NCBI GenBank assembly: GCA_965223705.1
Contig: OZ245015.1
Span: forward strand, 800,001 to 864,000
DNA: 64,000 nucleotides
Source of the DNA: Myxococcota bacterium
Lineage (GTDB): Bacteria; Myxococcota_A; UBA9160; UBA6930
Direction: 5' to 3'
The first letter of the stretch is position 1. Each line of letters begins with the position of its first letter. Made by a program: the position numbers and the translations under genes. The notes under the pieces are model-generated. The model had not been told where the DNA came from. It worked only from the letters and a program-made list of their open reading frames with translations, and ran no database searches. Positions 19,789 through 29,441 of the stretch are shown piece after piece.

Positions 19789-20568
19789 GTGCCCGAGGAG
19801 ATCGAACGTCCTTCCCTGAAGGGCGCCGTCAAGGAAGCGTTTGATGACGTCGCGGAGAAGTACGCGTCGAGCGCCGTACACCGCGGGGGCCCAGAACTCG
19901 AGGCCCTGCTCGCGGTTGCGGCGCTTCGAGGCGACGAGGCCGTGCTCGACGCCGGCTGCGGGCCGGGACATACGGCACACGCCCTGGCGGCGGGCGCGGG
20001 CTCGGTCATAGGAGTCGATCTCTCACCGGCGATGCTCGAGCAAGCGCGCGTCCTGGCCCGTGAGAAGGGTCTCACCAACGCGTCATTCCAGGAGGGCGAT
20101 GTCGAGGCCCTCGAGTTCGCCGACGCGACGTTCGATCTGGTCACGTCGCGCTACAGCGCGCATCACTATCCGCGGCCCCAGCGCGCCCTCGAAGAATTCC
20201 ACCGCGTCCTCCGCCCGGGCGGACGCGTCCTGCTCGTCGATACGATTTCGCCCGAAGATCCGGGCCTCGACACGTTCATCAACCTGGTCGAATGGTTGCG
20301 CGATCACAGCCATATTCGCGATCACCGAGATTCCGAATGGCTCGCCATGTTCCGCAGCGTCGGTTTCGAGGCGCGGCTGGTCGGGGAATACCGCCTGGAT
20401 CTCGATTTCGAGAGCTGGGTCGACCGGATCGGAACACCGCAGGAAGGGAGGGACGCGCTCCGCTTTGTGCGCGAATGCGCGAGCCGCGAAGCGCGTGAGA
20501 CGTTCCGCCTCGATCCCGCGACCGGTTCTTTCGCGCTGTTCGTCAACTTGTACGAGGCGATTCGATGA
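19789..20568 (+). CDS. Class I SAM-dependent methyltransferase
   Basis: VLDAGCGPG, GVDLS, GDVEALEF, FDLVTSRYSAHH, LRPGG. Confidence 0.9.
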   Translation: MPEEIERPSLKGAVKEAFDDVAEKYASSAVHRGGPELEALLAVAALRGDEAVLDAGCGPGHTAHALAAGAGSVIGVDLSPAMLEQARVLAREKGLTNASFQEGDVEALEFADATFDLVTSRYSAHHYPRPQRALEEFHRVLRPGGRVLLVDTISPEDPGLDTFINLVEWLRDHSHIRDHRDSEWLAMFRSVGFEARLVGEYRLDLDFESWVDRIGTPQEGRDALRFVRECASREARETFRLDPATGSFALFVNLYEAIR

Positions 20569-21911
20569 ACCCCGACGGTTCTCGCGAGCGTTGGTCCTCG
20601 AAGTTCGGTTTCGTGTTAGCGGCCGTCGGCTCTGCAGTCGGTCTGGGCAATATGTGGCGCTTCTCGTACCTGTCCGCCGAATACGGTGGCGCGGCGTTCG
20701 TGTTGCTCTACTTGATCCTGACCGCGTGTCTCGGGATCCCCGTCCTCCTGGCCGAGCTCTCGGTGGGCCGCGGCGCGGGCCGCAGCCCGATTGGCGCCCT
20801 CGCGCACTTCGGCGGGCCGGCTTGGAAACCGCTCGGTGCCTTGTTCGTCGCCGGCGGCGTTCTCATCTTGGCCTACTACAGCGTGATCGCAGGCTGGACG
20901 GTGCGTTACGCGTGGGACGCTCTGGTGTCCGGCCCGCCCGTCGATCCGGGCGCGCGTTTTGGGGAGATCTCCCAAGGTGCGGACGCGGCGCTCTGGCACT
21001 TGCTGTTCATGGCCGCGACCGTGTTCGTCGTTTCCGGCGGTGTTCGCGGTGGCATCGAGCGCGCCTCGCTCGTGATGATGCCCCTCTTGTTCGTGTTGGT
21101 CGCGGGCATCGCGGCCTACGCGGCGACCCTGCCCGGTGCGTCGGGAGGTTACGCGTACTATCTCTCGACAGATTTCGCCGCGGTCTTTTCTTTCGACGTG
21201 TTCCGCGCCGCGGCAAGTCAGGCGTTCTTCAGCTTGAGCCTCGGCATGGGCGCCATTCTCACCTATGCGAGCTACCTGTCGCGGGATGCCGATCTGCCGA
21301 GTCAGAGCGTGACGATCGCCGCCGCCGACTTCGGCGTCGCCTTCGTCGCCGGTCTGATGGTGTTTCCCTTGATTTTTGCGTTGGGTCTTTCCGGTTCGAT
21401 CATCGGAACAGCCGGTACGGAGAACGACGTCGGGACGGTCGGTGCTCTCTTTATCACGCTCCCTCAGGCGTTCCTCGCGATGGAAGGAATCGGTCGCGTG
21501 CTGGCGGTCTTGTTCTTTGTTGCGCTCGCGGTGGGAGCGCTGACGTCTGCCGTATCGCTTCTCGAAGTCGGGGTGTCGACGGTCATCGACAGTTTCGAGG
21601 TTTCGCGTCGAAGGGCGGCCGCGTTGCTCGGTGCCGGGATCGCGCTCCTGGGGCTCGCCCCGGCCTTCGACATCTCGGTCCTGGGTTTGATGGACCAACT
21701 GGCCGGAAATGTTTTTCTCGTCGTCGGAGGACTCCTGCTCTCTCTGTTCGTCGGTTGGCGTATGGACGACCCCGAAGGCGCGGTGCTGGGGGCCTCGGCC
21801 TACCGCCCCCGTTGGGTGCGTCCTTGGCGACTTGCACTGCGGTTTCCGGTACCCGCCGTTCTGGCCGTGGTCGCCTACTTCGCGGTGCGCGACTTGATCG
21901 ACGCGCTCTAG
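20565..21911 (+). CDS. Sodium-dependent transporter (NSS/SNF family)
   Basis: RERWSSKFGFVLAAVGSAVGLGNMWRF, QAFFSLSLG; multiple TM helices. Confidence 0.92.
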   Translation: MNPDGSRERWSSKFGFVLAAVGSAVGLGNMWRFSYLSAEYGGAAFVLLYLILTACLGIPVLLAELSVGRGAGRSPIGALAHFGGPAWKPLGALFVAGGVLILAYYSVIAGWTVRYAWDALVSGPPVDPGARFGEISQGADAALWHLLFMAATVFVVSGGVRGGIERASLVMMPLLFVLVAGIAAYAATLPGASGGYAYYLSTDFAAVFSFDVFRAAASQAFFSLSLGMGAILTYASYLSRDADLPSQSVTIAAADFGVAFVAGLMVFPLIFALGLSGSIIGTAGTENDVGTVGALFITLPQAFLAMEGIGRVLAVLFFVALAVGALTSAVSLLEVGVSTVIDSFEVSRRRAAALLGAGIALLGLAPAFDISVLGLMDQLAGNVFLVVGGLLLSLFVGWRMDDPEGAVLGASAYRPRWVRPWRLALRFPVPAVLAVVAYFAVRDLIDAL

Positions 21912-21915
21912 CTTT

Positions 21916-22383
21916 TCAGAGTTCGGGAAGGTCTCGGTCGAGCACGGTCATTCGGCCGTCGCGTCGCGCGTTCTCGATCGCCTCCCGACAGACGCGTCGG
22001 ACGACTTCGGAGAGCGGGGCGAGCACTCGATCCGACGTGTTGTAGCCCGATTCACGTCGAATAAATTCCTTGAGACGCGAAGCTACGACGAGGACCTCGT
22101 CGCTCGACGGACTGGCTGCTTCGCCGGCGTTCGGTCGTACGACGCGCCGCTTCCGTTTCGGTGCCGAGTCGCCTTCCGCCTCGGCCGACGCGGGCGCCTT
22201 CTTCTCGACGGCCCACGACTCTCGGTGATTCGCCCCGGGGACGTGTACCTCCCAACAATCGACGGAGCAGAAGACGAGCGACGTCCGTTTGCGATTGCAG
22301 GTCGACACGTTGCAAGCGTAGTACTCGGCTGAATAAGCGATTTCTTTTTTGCACACACTGCAGCGTCGCCAGTGTTCTTCCAT
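21916..22383 (-). CDS. Zinc-finger + histone-fold protein (ZZ-type bacterial histone)
   Basis: N-terminal CxxC/CxxxxC/CxxxCxxxH cluster; C-terminal EVLVVASRLKEFIR..GYNTS..LSEVVRRVCREAIENARRDGRMTVLDRD with RxTxxxxD histone signature. Confidence 0.8.
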   Translation of the reverse strand: MEEHWRRCSVCKKEIAYSAEYYACNVSTCNRKRTSLVFCSVDCWEVHVPGANHRESWAVEKKAPASAEAEGDSAPKRKRRVVRPNAGEAASPSSDEVLVVASRLKEFIRRESGYNTSDRVLAPLSEVVRRVCREAIENARRDGRMTVLDRDLPEL

Positions 22384-22432
22384 CGGTCCTCGTACCCCTT
22401 CTCGATCGTATCGGGCGAACGGCCAGTTTTCC

Positions 22433-23731
22433 TTACGGACTGGGTGTTGACCCGTGGTCCGCGAGAAACTCGAGAGCCAATCGGCTGAGAGATCGTACGC
22501 CGAGCTCGAGGGCACTCTCGTCGACGAAGAACTCCGGGGAGTGATTCGGGGCCGCGTCGGCTTCGGCGACGTCCGGTGGACGCACACCGAGCCAGAAGTA
22601 GACGCCGGGCGCCTCCCGCGCGAAGAACGAGAAATCTTCGGCGCCCGTGGCGGGTAACGCTTCGACGACGCGCCCGCTTCCCGCGACGGATTCGAGTACC
22701 GGCCGCGCCCACCGCGTGAGCTCCGGATCGTTCACTGTGACGGGGTAGCCGATATGGATGTCGACCTCGGCCCGCGCTCCTTCGGCTTCGGCGATTTTCA
22801 TCGCAGTCTCCGTAACCTTGGTCCGCACGTCCTTGGCGAGCTCTGGGTCGAGGCTGCGAATCGTGCCCGACAGCTCGACTTGGTCGGGGATGATGTTGTG
22901 GCGCACGCCGCCGTGAATCGCACCGATCGACACGATGGCGGGAATTCTCGCGTCGACGCGACGGTTGGGGATGCGCTGCAACGCCATCACGATTTGCGAC
23001 GCGACCGCGACGGAATCGACACCCAGCCAGGGATACGCCGCGTGCGTCTGGCTTCCGTGGACCACGATATGCAACCGGTCCGAGCCCGCCATCGCGCCGC
23101 CGCTGCGCAGGCCGATCTCTCCCGCAGCGAAGCGAGGCACGACGTGCAGACCGAACACCGCAGCGGGCTTCTCCTCGAAGACACCCTCCGAAAGCATCAG
23201 CTTCGCGCCTCCCTCTTCCCCCGGCGGCGCGCCTTCCTCGGCCGGTTGAAAGAGAAACTGCACTTCGCCTGCGATCCGATCTCGCATACCCGTGAGGACC
23301 CGGGCGACGCCGAGCAGCACCGCGGTGTGTGCGTCGTGACCGCAGGCGTGCATGACGCCGACTTCGCGCCCTAGGTACGTCGTTCGTACTTCGGATTTGA
23401 AGGGGAGGTCGTTTCTCTCCGTGACCGGCAGGGCGTCCATGTCCGCTCGCAGCGCCACCCGCGGGCCGGGCCGCGTGCCCCGCAAGAGCCCGACAACGCC
23501 GGTGTGCGCGATCTTTTCCTCGACTTCGAGGCCGAGCGCCCGGAGTTCCGTGGCGACGATCTCGGCGGTTCGGAATTCGCGATTTCCGAGTTCGGGGTGG
23601 CGGTGGAAATCGCGTCTCTGTTCGATGACGTCGTCTCGAATCGCGCGCGCGGCTTCGTCGACGGCGTTCGCGCGCGATTCCTCCTTCGCGGTGGTTGCAG
23701 CTGGGCCCAGAAGCCCGAGGCAAAAGATCAT
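22433..23731 (-). CDS. M20D amidohydrolase (exported)
   Basis: HRHPELGNRE, ALRADMDAL, MHACGHDAH, FQPAEE, AEDFSF, NHSP; start uncertain (23731 or 23761). Confidence 0.9.
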   Translation of the reverse strand: MIFCLGLLGPAATTAKEESRANAVDEAARAIRDDVIEQRRDFHRHPELGNREFRTAEIVATELRALGLEVEEKIAHTGVVGLLRGTRPGPRVALRADMDALPVTERNDLPFKSEVRTTYLGREVGVMHACGHDAHTAVLLGVARVLTGMRDRIAGEVQFLFQPAEEGAPPGEEGGAKLMLSEGVFEEKPAAVFGLHVVPRFAAGEIGLRSGGAMAGSDRLHIVVHGSQTHAAYPWLGVDSVAVASQIVMALQRIPNRRVDARIPAIVSIGAIHGGVRHNIIPDQVELSGTIRSLDPELAKDVRTKVTETAMKIAEAEGARAEVDIHIGYPVTVNDPELTRWARPVLESVAGSGRVVEALPATGAEDFSFFAREAPGVYFWLGVRPPDVAEADAAPNHSPEFFVDESALELGVRSLSRLALEFLADHGSTPSP

Positions 23732-23771
23732 GCTCGCTACGGCGGTACGGTGATGGTCCACGCGGCTCCCT

Positions 23772-25280
23772 GTGTCGTTCAGCAGGCGCGAGGGTATCGT
23801 CTCTCTCGTGTCCGTCCGAGTGCAGAGCGCGTCCGACGTGCCGCCGGCGCCCGGCGGCGCGGGCACCGGCGGAGGCGCGCTGCCCGCCGCCTGGATGTAT
23901 CTCGGCGGAGCGATTTGTTGGCTCTCCCTTTGGGGCGCTCCGAGCACGGGGCTTCGCATGCTCGGGCTGACGGGCGCGACGCTGCTTTCCGCGTGCGCGA
24001 TGGCCGCATTTCGATCGCCCGGGGACCGTCGCGGCGCGCACTTGGCGGCACTCGCGAGCGCGGGGTCGATGTGCCTCGCGGTGCCGCTGCTTCCAGCCGG
24101 CGCCTACAGCCACTTCCTCCTGCTCCTGGCGGTCGGTTTCGTCTGCTGGTTTGTCTCGGGTCGCGCAGCGGCCATTCCCAACGCGTCGGGACGCGTGAAT
24201 GGCGAGTCCTTCTATCTGTGGGCGCACGCCGGCGCGGACGCTGCGACCCTCGGTAGCTTTCACTTGAGGCTTGCTCGTACTCCGGTCGCCGAGCTCGCAC
24301 GGATTCGCGACGAGCTGGCACGCGCGCGGGCCGTGTGTCGCGAAGCCGGTTGGCTCGATCGACCGGAGACGTTCCATGCGGCGCCCCCGGAGCTCACCGA
24401 TGAAGACCTCGAGCGTCGCCACGGTCGGGCTGCGGGCCTTTCGTTCGAGCACTTGTCGGCCGAGAGTGGGTACCAGCCGCCGACCGCGCTGCCGGGGGCT
24501 GACCGATGGTCCGCGCGGGTCGCGAACCGCACCACGCACGCGTGGGTGGTGCGCGATGAAGAGCCGGCCGCACCGTGGATCGTGTGTGTTCACGGCTTTG
24601 GCTTGGGCCGACCGGCGCTCGACTTTCGCGCTTTTGGCGCCCGTTGGCTGCACCGCCAGCGGGGCTGCAATCTGCTTTTTCCGGTTCTGCCCTTGCACGG
24701 TCCCCGCGCGGACGGGTGGGTCAGCGGCAACGGCTTCTTCTCGGGAGATCCGCTCGACACGGTCCACGCGGTGGCACAGGGTGTACACGATATCCGGCGG
24801 TGGGCGGCTTGGGCCGCCCGGCAAGCGGAAGCGCCGCCCGCGATGTTCGGCATCTCACTCGGCGCGTATCACGCGGCGCTGGTCGCTTCCTTGGTGACCG
24901 CAGCCGAGGCGGTGGACGCTCTCGATCGCGTGTTGCTGGGGACGCCGCTCGTCGACATCGAAGAGACGTTGTGGGTTCACGGGCCCGCGTCTTGGAGAGA
25001 AGCAGCGACGGCGGCCGGGGTGTTCCGCGACGATCTGCGCGACCTCTATCGCGTCATTTCGCCCCTTCGCGTTCCCCCTCCGAAGATCGCCGCCGCGATG
25101 TTCGTCGCCTCTGCCGATCGGCTGATTACGCCGTGGCAAGCGCCTGCTCTCGCGAACCACTGGCCGCATGCGACGGTGGCCGAACTCCCCAGCGCCCACG
25201 TGACGTTTCGTCTGACCCGAGGCCTCCGCGGCGTGTTGGAAGCGCACCTTCCCGGGCGAGCGAATGCTTACCTCGGCTGA
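23772..25280 (+). CDS. Alpha/beta hydrolase with N-terminal membrane domain
   Basis: About four hydrophobic segments, then VHGFG, LPLHGPR, GISLG nucleophile elbow, ADRL, SAHV; start uncertain (possibly 23820-23895). Confidence 0.7.
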   Translation: MSFSRREGIVSLVSVRVQSASDVPPAPGGAGTGGGALPAAWMYLGGAICWLSLWGAPSTGLRMLGLTGATLLSACAMAAFRSPGDRRGAHLAALASAGSMCLAVPLLPAGAYSHFLLLLAVGFVCWFVSGRAAAIPNASGRVNGESFYLWAHAGADAATLGSFHLRLARTPVAELARIRDELARARAVCREAGWLDRPETFHAAPPELTDEDLERRHGRAAGLSFEHLSAESGYQPPTALPGADRWSARVANRTTHAWVVRDEEPAAPWIVCVHGFGLGRPALDFRAFGARWLHRQRGCNLLFPVLPLHGPRADGWVSGNGFFSGDPLDTVHAVAQGVHDIRRWAAWAARQAEAPPAMFGISLGAYHAALVASLVTAAEAVDALDRVLLGTPLVDIEETLWVHGPASWREAATAAGVFRDDLRDLYRVISPLRVPPPKIAAAMFVASADRLITPWQAPALANHWPHATVAELPSAHVTFRLTRGLRGVLEAHLPGRANAYLG

Positions 25281-25537
25281 ACGAGATCGATCGGATTGCA
25301 GTCGAGGCCCGAGGCGATGAGGCAGAGCGTTGCGTAGCTCACCGACTCGCCGTGCTCTTCGACCCCTGCGATCAAGTTCGGAGTCAGGGCCTCGGCGACA
25401 CCCGTAGCCCGCTCCGAAGCGTGCGCAATCGCCGTGCAGAGCTCGCGGCGAGACCAGCCGCGATCGTGACGCAAGCGGCGGATCGAGAGCCCGTCGGGAA
25501 TGACAGGCGACGCGTCGTCGTAGGTGAAAGAAATCAG
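25268..25537 (-). CDS. XRE/Cro-like helix-turn-helix protein
   Basis: DGLSIRRLRHDRGWSRRELC...IAGVEE....SYATLCLIASGLDCNPIDLV; start placed at CTG after AAGGAG (see findings). Confidence 0.6.
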   Translation of the reverse strand: MISFTYDDASPVIPDGLSIRRLRHDRGWSRRELCTAIAHASERATGVAEALTPNLIAGVEEHGESVSYATLCLIASGLDCNPIDLVQPR

Positions 25538-25617
25538 CCCCGCTCCTTCTACGACAGCACGCCTAGCTCAGTTCTCGATCCAGCGCTATGACAGGGAGAC
25601 CTGCGGAGGAAGCTCGG

Positions 25618-26040
25618 ATGGCCACCGTTTTCAGCAAGATCATCGCCGGGGAACTCCCCGGTCGATTTGTTTGGCGGGACGATCGCGTCGTCGCGTTCTT
25701 GACCATCGAGCCCTTGACGCCGGGCCACACGTTGATCGTCCCGATCGAAGAGGTCGACCACTGGCTCGATCTCAACGACGACTTGGCGGATCACGTGATG
25801 CGCGTGTCGCGCTCGGTGGGAAAGGCCATCGAGCACGCGTTCAACTGCGAGCGGGTGGCATTGATCATCGCGGGCTTCGAAGTGCCCCACGTGCATGTTC
25901 ATGTGTCCGCCGCGAACTCGATGGCCGATCTCGACTTTGCGCGCGTCGAGCGCAACCCGTCGCCTGACGCTCTGGATGCCGCGGCCGAAGCGGTTCGAGG
26001 CGCGCTCCGAGAGTTAGGTTACGGCGAGGTCGCAGACTGA
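25618..26040 (+). CDS. HIT family nucleotide hydrolase
   Basis: ATVFSKIIAGELP, PGHTLIVP, EVPHVHVHV histidine triad. Confidence 0.92.
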   Translation: MATVFSKIIAGELPGRFVWRDDRVVAFLTIEPLTPGHTLIVPIEEVDHWLDLNDDLADHVMRVSRSVGKAIEHAFNCERVALIIAGFEVPHVHVHVSAANSMADLDFARVERNPSPDALDAAAEAVRGALRELGYGEVAD

Positions 26041-26075
26041 AGGGATCGCTCCCCGAACGAAGCGGCGAGCGGGCA

Positions 26076-27320
26076 GTGCGGTGGGCCGTGTTGGTTCTCG
26101 TTTCGCTTTTCGCCCTCCCGGCCCACGCGAGAGCGCCCACAGTTATCGTCGTCTCGATGGACGGGGTGCGGTTCGACGCACTCGACGATGTGCACCTCGC
26201 GGGTTTCGCACGCATGGTCGAGGAAGGCACCCGCGCTCGCGCGCTGGTGCCGATCTTTCCATCGAGCACGTTCCCGAACCACGTGAGCCTCGCGACGGGC
26301 GCGCCGGCCGATCGTCACGGCATTGTGGGCAATCGGTTTCTCGATCGGGAGCGAGGCGCTTTCGACTACGAGAACGATGCCAGCTGGATCCAAGCGGAGC
26401 CGCTGTGGGTGGCCGCCGAGCGACAGGGGTGCCGCGCGGCGACGTTCTATTGGGTCGGCTCCGAGACGAAATGGCGGGGAATCGCGCCCACCTACCTTCG
26501 GGCCCCGTTTTCCTCCGAGACGCCGGAAAGCGAAAAGATTCGCCAGGTGCTGGCGTGGATGGACCTCCCCGAAGCGGAGCGCCCGCAGCTCATCATGACC
26601 TGGTGGCATGGGAGTGACCACGCGGCACATCGCCACGGACCGGAGAGCGGAGCCGCGCGAGGCGCGCTCGTCGCGCAGGACGAGGCGCTCCGATCCCTGC
26701 TGCGCGGCCTCGATGAGCGAGACGCTTGGGAAGACACCACGCTCTACGTGGTGAGCGATCACGGCATGACCGGTTCGCAACAGATCGTCGATCCGATCTC
26801 GGCCCTCAAACGCGCGGGCGTGTACGCCGAGGTCTCCTATGGAATGGCTGTCGCGCACGCGTTCACCGAGCACGCCGAAGTTCAAGAGCGGGTACTGCAC
26901 GTTTGGAACGCACTGCCCGGCGTCGTCGCGTACGAAGCGGGCGGCCTTCCCCAGCGGCTCCGCTTCAGTCACCCGACGCGAACAGGGGATGTCGTCGCGG
27001 TCGCGTCGCCGCCTGTCCGCTTCGCCCCCAAGAGTGTGTTCCGTCGGGGCGCGGCGCGGGTGCTCTCTTGGTTGGGCGCGACCGTCGGCGCTCACGGTTA
27101 CGATCCGGCGGAGGTGCCCGAGATGCACGGGATCTGGCTGGGCCTCGGACGTGGCGTCGCTTCTGGCGCACTCGCCGACGAGGCGTCGGTCCTCGACGTG
27201 GCCCCGAGCGTGGCGCGCCTCCTCGGGATCAAAGCTCCCCGCCACAGCGAAGGCACGGTCCGCGAGAGTTTCGCGAACCCGGCGGGTGCTAGTCTCCCGC
27301 AAACGGAGGAGACGCGATGA
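26076..27320 (+). CDS. Exported nucleotide pyrophosphatase/phosphodiesterase (alkaline phosphatase superfamily)
   Basis: VSMDGVR, PSSTFPNH, SDHAAH, VSDHGM, GAHGYD; signal peptide. Confidence 0.9.
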   Translation: MRWAVLVLVSLFALPAHARAPTVIVVSMDGVRFDALDDVHLAGFARMVEEGTRARALVPIFPSSTFPNHVSLATGAPADRHGIVGNRFLDRERGAFDYENDASWIQAEPLWVAAERQGCRAATFYWVGSETKWRGIAPTYLRAPFSSETPESEKIRQVLAWMDLPEAERPQLIMTWWHGSDHAAHRHGPESGAARGALVAQDEALRSLLRGLDERDAWEDTTLYVVSDHGMTGSQQIVDPISALKRAGVYAEVSYGMAVAHAFTEHAEVQERVLHVWNALPGVVAYEAGGLPQRLRFSHPTRTGDVVAVASPPVRFAPKSVFRRGAARVLSWLGATVGAHGYDPAEVPEMHGIWLGLGRGVASGALADEASVLDVAPSVARLLGIKAPRHSEGTVRESFANPAGASLPQTEETR

Positions 27321-28462
27321 GACGTGTTGTGTTTGGCGACGAGCACGAGCTGTTTCGCGAGCAAGTGCGCCGCTTTGTACGCGAGGAAGTCGAGCCCTTG
27401 GTCCCGAAGTGGAACGAAGCCGGGATGAGCGATCGCGACACCTGGCGACGCGCAGGAGAGGAAGGCCTACTCGGTGTCAACGCCCCGGAAGAGTACGGCG
27501 GGGCAGGCGCCAATTTCTTGTACTCCGCCATCGTCATCGAAGAAATCGCCTACGCACGGGCGCACGGACTCCACGTGCCGCTTCATGCCGACATTTGCAT
27601 GCCGTACCTGACGACCTACGGAAATGCGGCGCAGAAAGAGAAGTACCTTCCGGGTGCGATCTCCGGCGAGATTATTCTCGGGATTTGTATGACCGAGCCG
27701 GGTACGGGCTCGGACCTCGCGGCCGTTCAGACGACTGCGATTCGCGACGGCGATGACTACGTCATCAACGGGTCCAAAACGTTCATCTCGAACGGTCAGA
27801 TCGGCGACCTGTATATCGTCGTGGCGAAGACCGATTCGCAAGCCGACCCGCCCCACAAGGGCATCAGCTTGATCTTGGTCGAGGCGAACACGCCGGGTTT
27901 TGAACGGGGACGGAAGCTCGACAAACTCGGCCTGCGCGGCCAGGACACGAGCGAGCTGTTTTTCAAGGATTGTCGGGTTCCCGTAGACAACCTCCTCGGC
28001 GAGGAAGGCCAGGGCTTCCGGATGCTGATGGAGGCCTTGCAACAAGAGCGGCTGGTTGTCGGGGTCGGTTCCATGGCGTCGTGCCGGCGCGCGCTCGACG
28101 ACACCATCGCCTACGTGAAAGAGCGCAAGGCGTTCGGTCGGCGCATCGCGGATTTTCAGAACACGCAGTTCAAACTCGCGGAGCTCTCAACCGAAGTCGA
28201 GATCGGTCAGGTCTTTGTCGACCGCCTCGTCGCGGCGCATGTCGCTGGCGATGACATCGTGACGGAAGTCAGCGGTGCGAAGTGGTGGACCACGGACTTG
28301 CAGAAGAAATTGACCGCTGAATGCCTCCAGCTGCACGGGGGCTACGGGTTCATGCGCGAGTATCCGATCGCCGAAGACTTTGCGGACGCGGCCGTGCAGT
28401 CGATCTACGCCGGAACCAACGAGATCATGAAGGTGATTATCTCTCGGAGAATGGGGCTCTAG
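27317..28462 (+). CDS. Acyl-CoA dehydrogenase (long-chain type)
   Basis: MTEPGTGSD, NGSKTFISNG, QERL, QLHGGYG, IYAGTNEIM. Confidence 0.93.
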   Translation: MRRVVFGDEHELFREQVRRFVREEVEPLVPKWNEAGMSDRDTWRRAGEEGLLGVNAPEEYGGAGANFLYSAIVIEEIAYARAHGLHVPLHADICMPYLTTYGNAAQKEKYLPGAISGEIILGICMTEPGTGSDLAAVQTTAIRDGDDYVINGSKTFISNGQIGDLYIVVAKTDSQADPPHKGISLILVEANTPGFERGRKLDKLGLRGQDTSELFFKDCRVPVDNLLGEEGQGFRMLMEALQQERLVVGVGSMASCRRALDDTIAYVKERKAFGRRIADFQNTQFKLAELSTEVEIGQVFVDRLVAAHVAGDDIVTEVSGAKWWTTDLQKKLTAECLQLHGGYGFMREYPIAEDFADAAVQSIYAGTNEIMKVIISRRMGL

Positions 28463-29394
28463 AAGTCCGCAGTCGCCGGCGCGCCGGGTACGGGCGCGCC
28501 GGCGAGGTGCCCGCCGCCGATCACTCGTAGTTCCGTCACGCCAAAACATTCCCCGGCGTAGCGCCTGAAAAGGTTCTGTTCCGCGGGGTCGAGCGATTCC
28601 CAAGCGGGGTGGAGGGAGGCCCGAGCGTGCTGTGGCTGCCAGGCGAAGACCAAGGCATCGAAGTGTCGTCGCGGCACCGTGCAGAGTCCCACTTGGTTTT
28701 CGTCGCGAACATGGCGGGCGAGTTCCGAGAGTGCGTCGCGAAGTTCTCCTCCCGCCGAGAGATCGGGTGACGTGGCGTCTGCGGGAACCCAGCCGTCGAC
28801 CAGTCCGCGAACTTCTTTCCAGCCCTTCGACACGGCGTACACGCGCACGTGGCCCGCTTCGGGCAAGGTACCCACCGCGGAGTCCCGCAAGCTCGGACCT
28901 TCTCTCACCACGGTCCCCGGAATCACGACGCGCTCGCGACGGAGGAAGGGCCCCATTTTCGGAGGCGATGTATCGAAGGTGACCGGCGCCGCGCTTTCGG
29001 ACGTGCCAACTGCGGCTTCGGTCCACGGGGCCGGCGGCGCCAAGCGAAACGCTCCGGCGACCAGGCAGCGACATTCCGAGTGCGCGGTGTCTTTGGGAAA
29101 CACCGAATGCAGGGTTCTCTCACTGTGAGGCGGAACCTCGCCGCCTTCTTCTACCCCGTTCAGGAACAAGACATTGCGGCTCTTCGGACGGAACGCGCCA
29201 CAAGAAAGATCTGCGACCGCGAGTGCGCGGGCCCCGGTGGTGACAATCACTTCAGCGCGAACGAGATCGGGAGCTCGGGGCACTTCGGTACAGCGCGCGA
29301 TATCGATCCGCGGAGAAGACGACCGCCCTTCCGCGAGCGAGGGCGCGTGCATGAAGCACACGGCCAAGGCGATGCCGAACGAGAGACCCCTCAT
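28459..29394 (-). CDS. Hypothetical exported protein with SH3b-like segment
   Basis: Signal peptide; VVREGPS....VGTL..G..V.V.....GW..V.....GWV pattern; fills the gap between confident genes. Confidence 0.55.
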   Translation of the reverse strand: MRGLSFGIALAVCFMHAPSLAEGRSSSPRIDIARCTEVPRAPDLVRAEVIVTTGARALAVADLSCGAFRPKSRNVLFLNGVEEGGEVPPHSERTLHSVFPKDTAHSECRCLVAGAFRLAPPAPWTEAAVGTSESAAPVTFDTSPPKMGPFLRRERVVIPGTVVREGPSLRDSAVGTLPEAGHVRVYAVSKGWKEVRGLVDGWVPADATSPDLSAGGELRDALSELARHVRDENQVGLCTVPRRHFDALVFAWQPQHARASLHPAWESLDPAEQNLFRRYAGECFGVTELRVIGGGHLAGAPVPGAPATADF

Positions 29395-29441
29395 CGACCG
29401 GAACCGTAGCGTTCCTCGGTGCTTCGCTACAGTCGGTCGGT

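Noticed and set aside
22083..24824. 913-aa minus-strand ORF
   Set aside because: Arg/Pro/Gly-rich out-of-frame shadow overlapping the M20, hydrolase and histone genes; typical high-GC artefact
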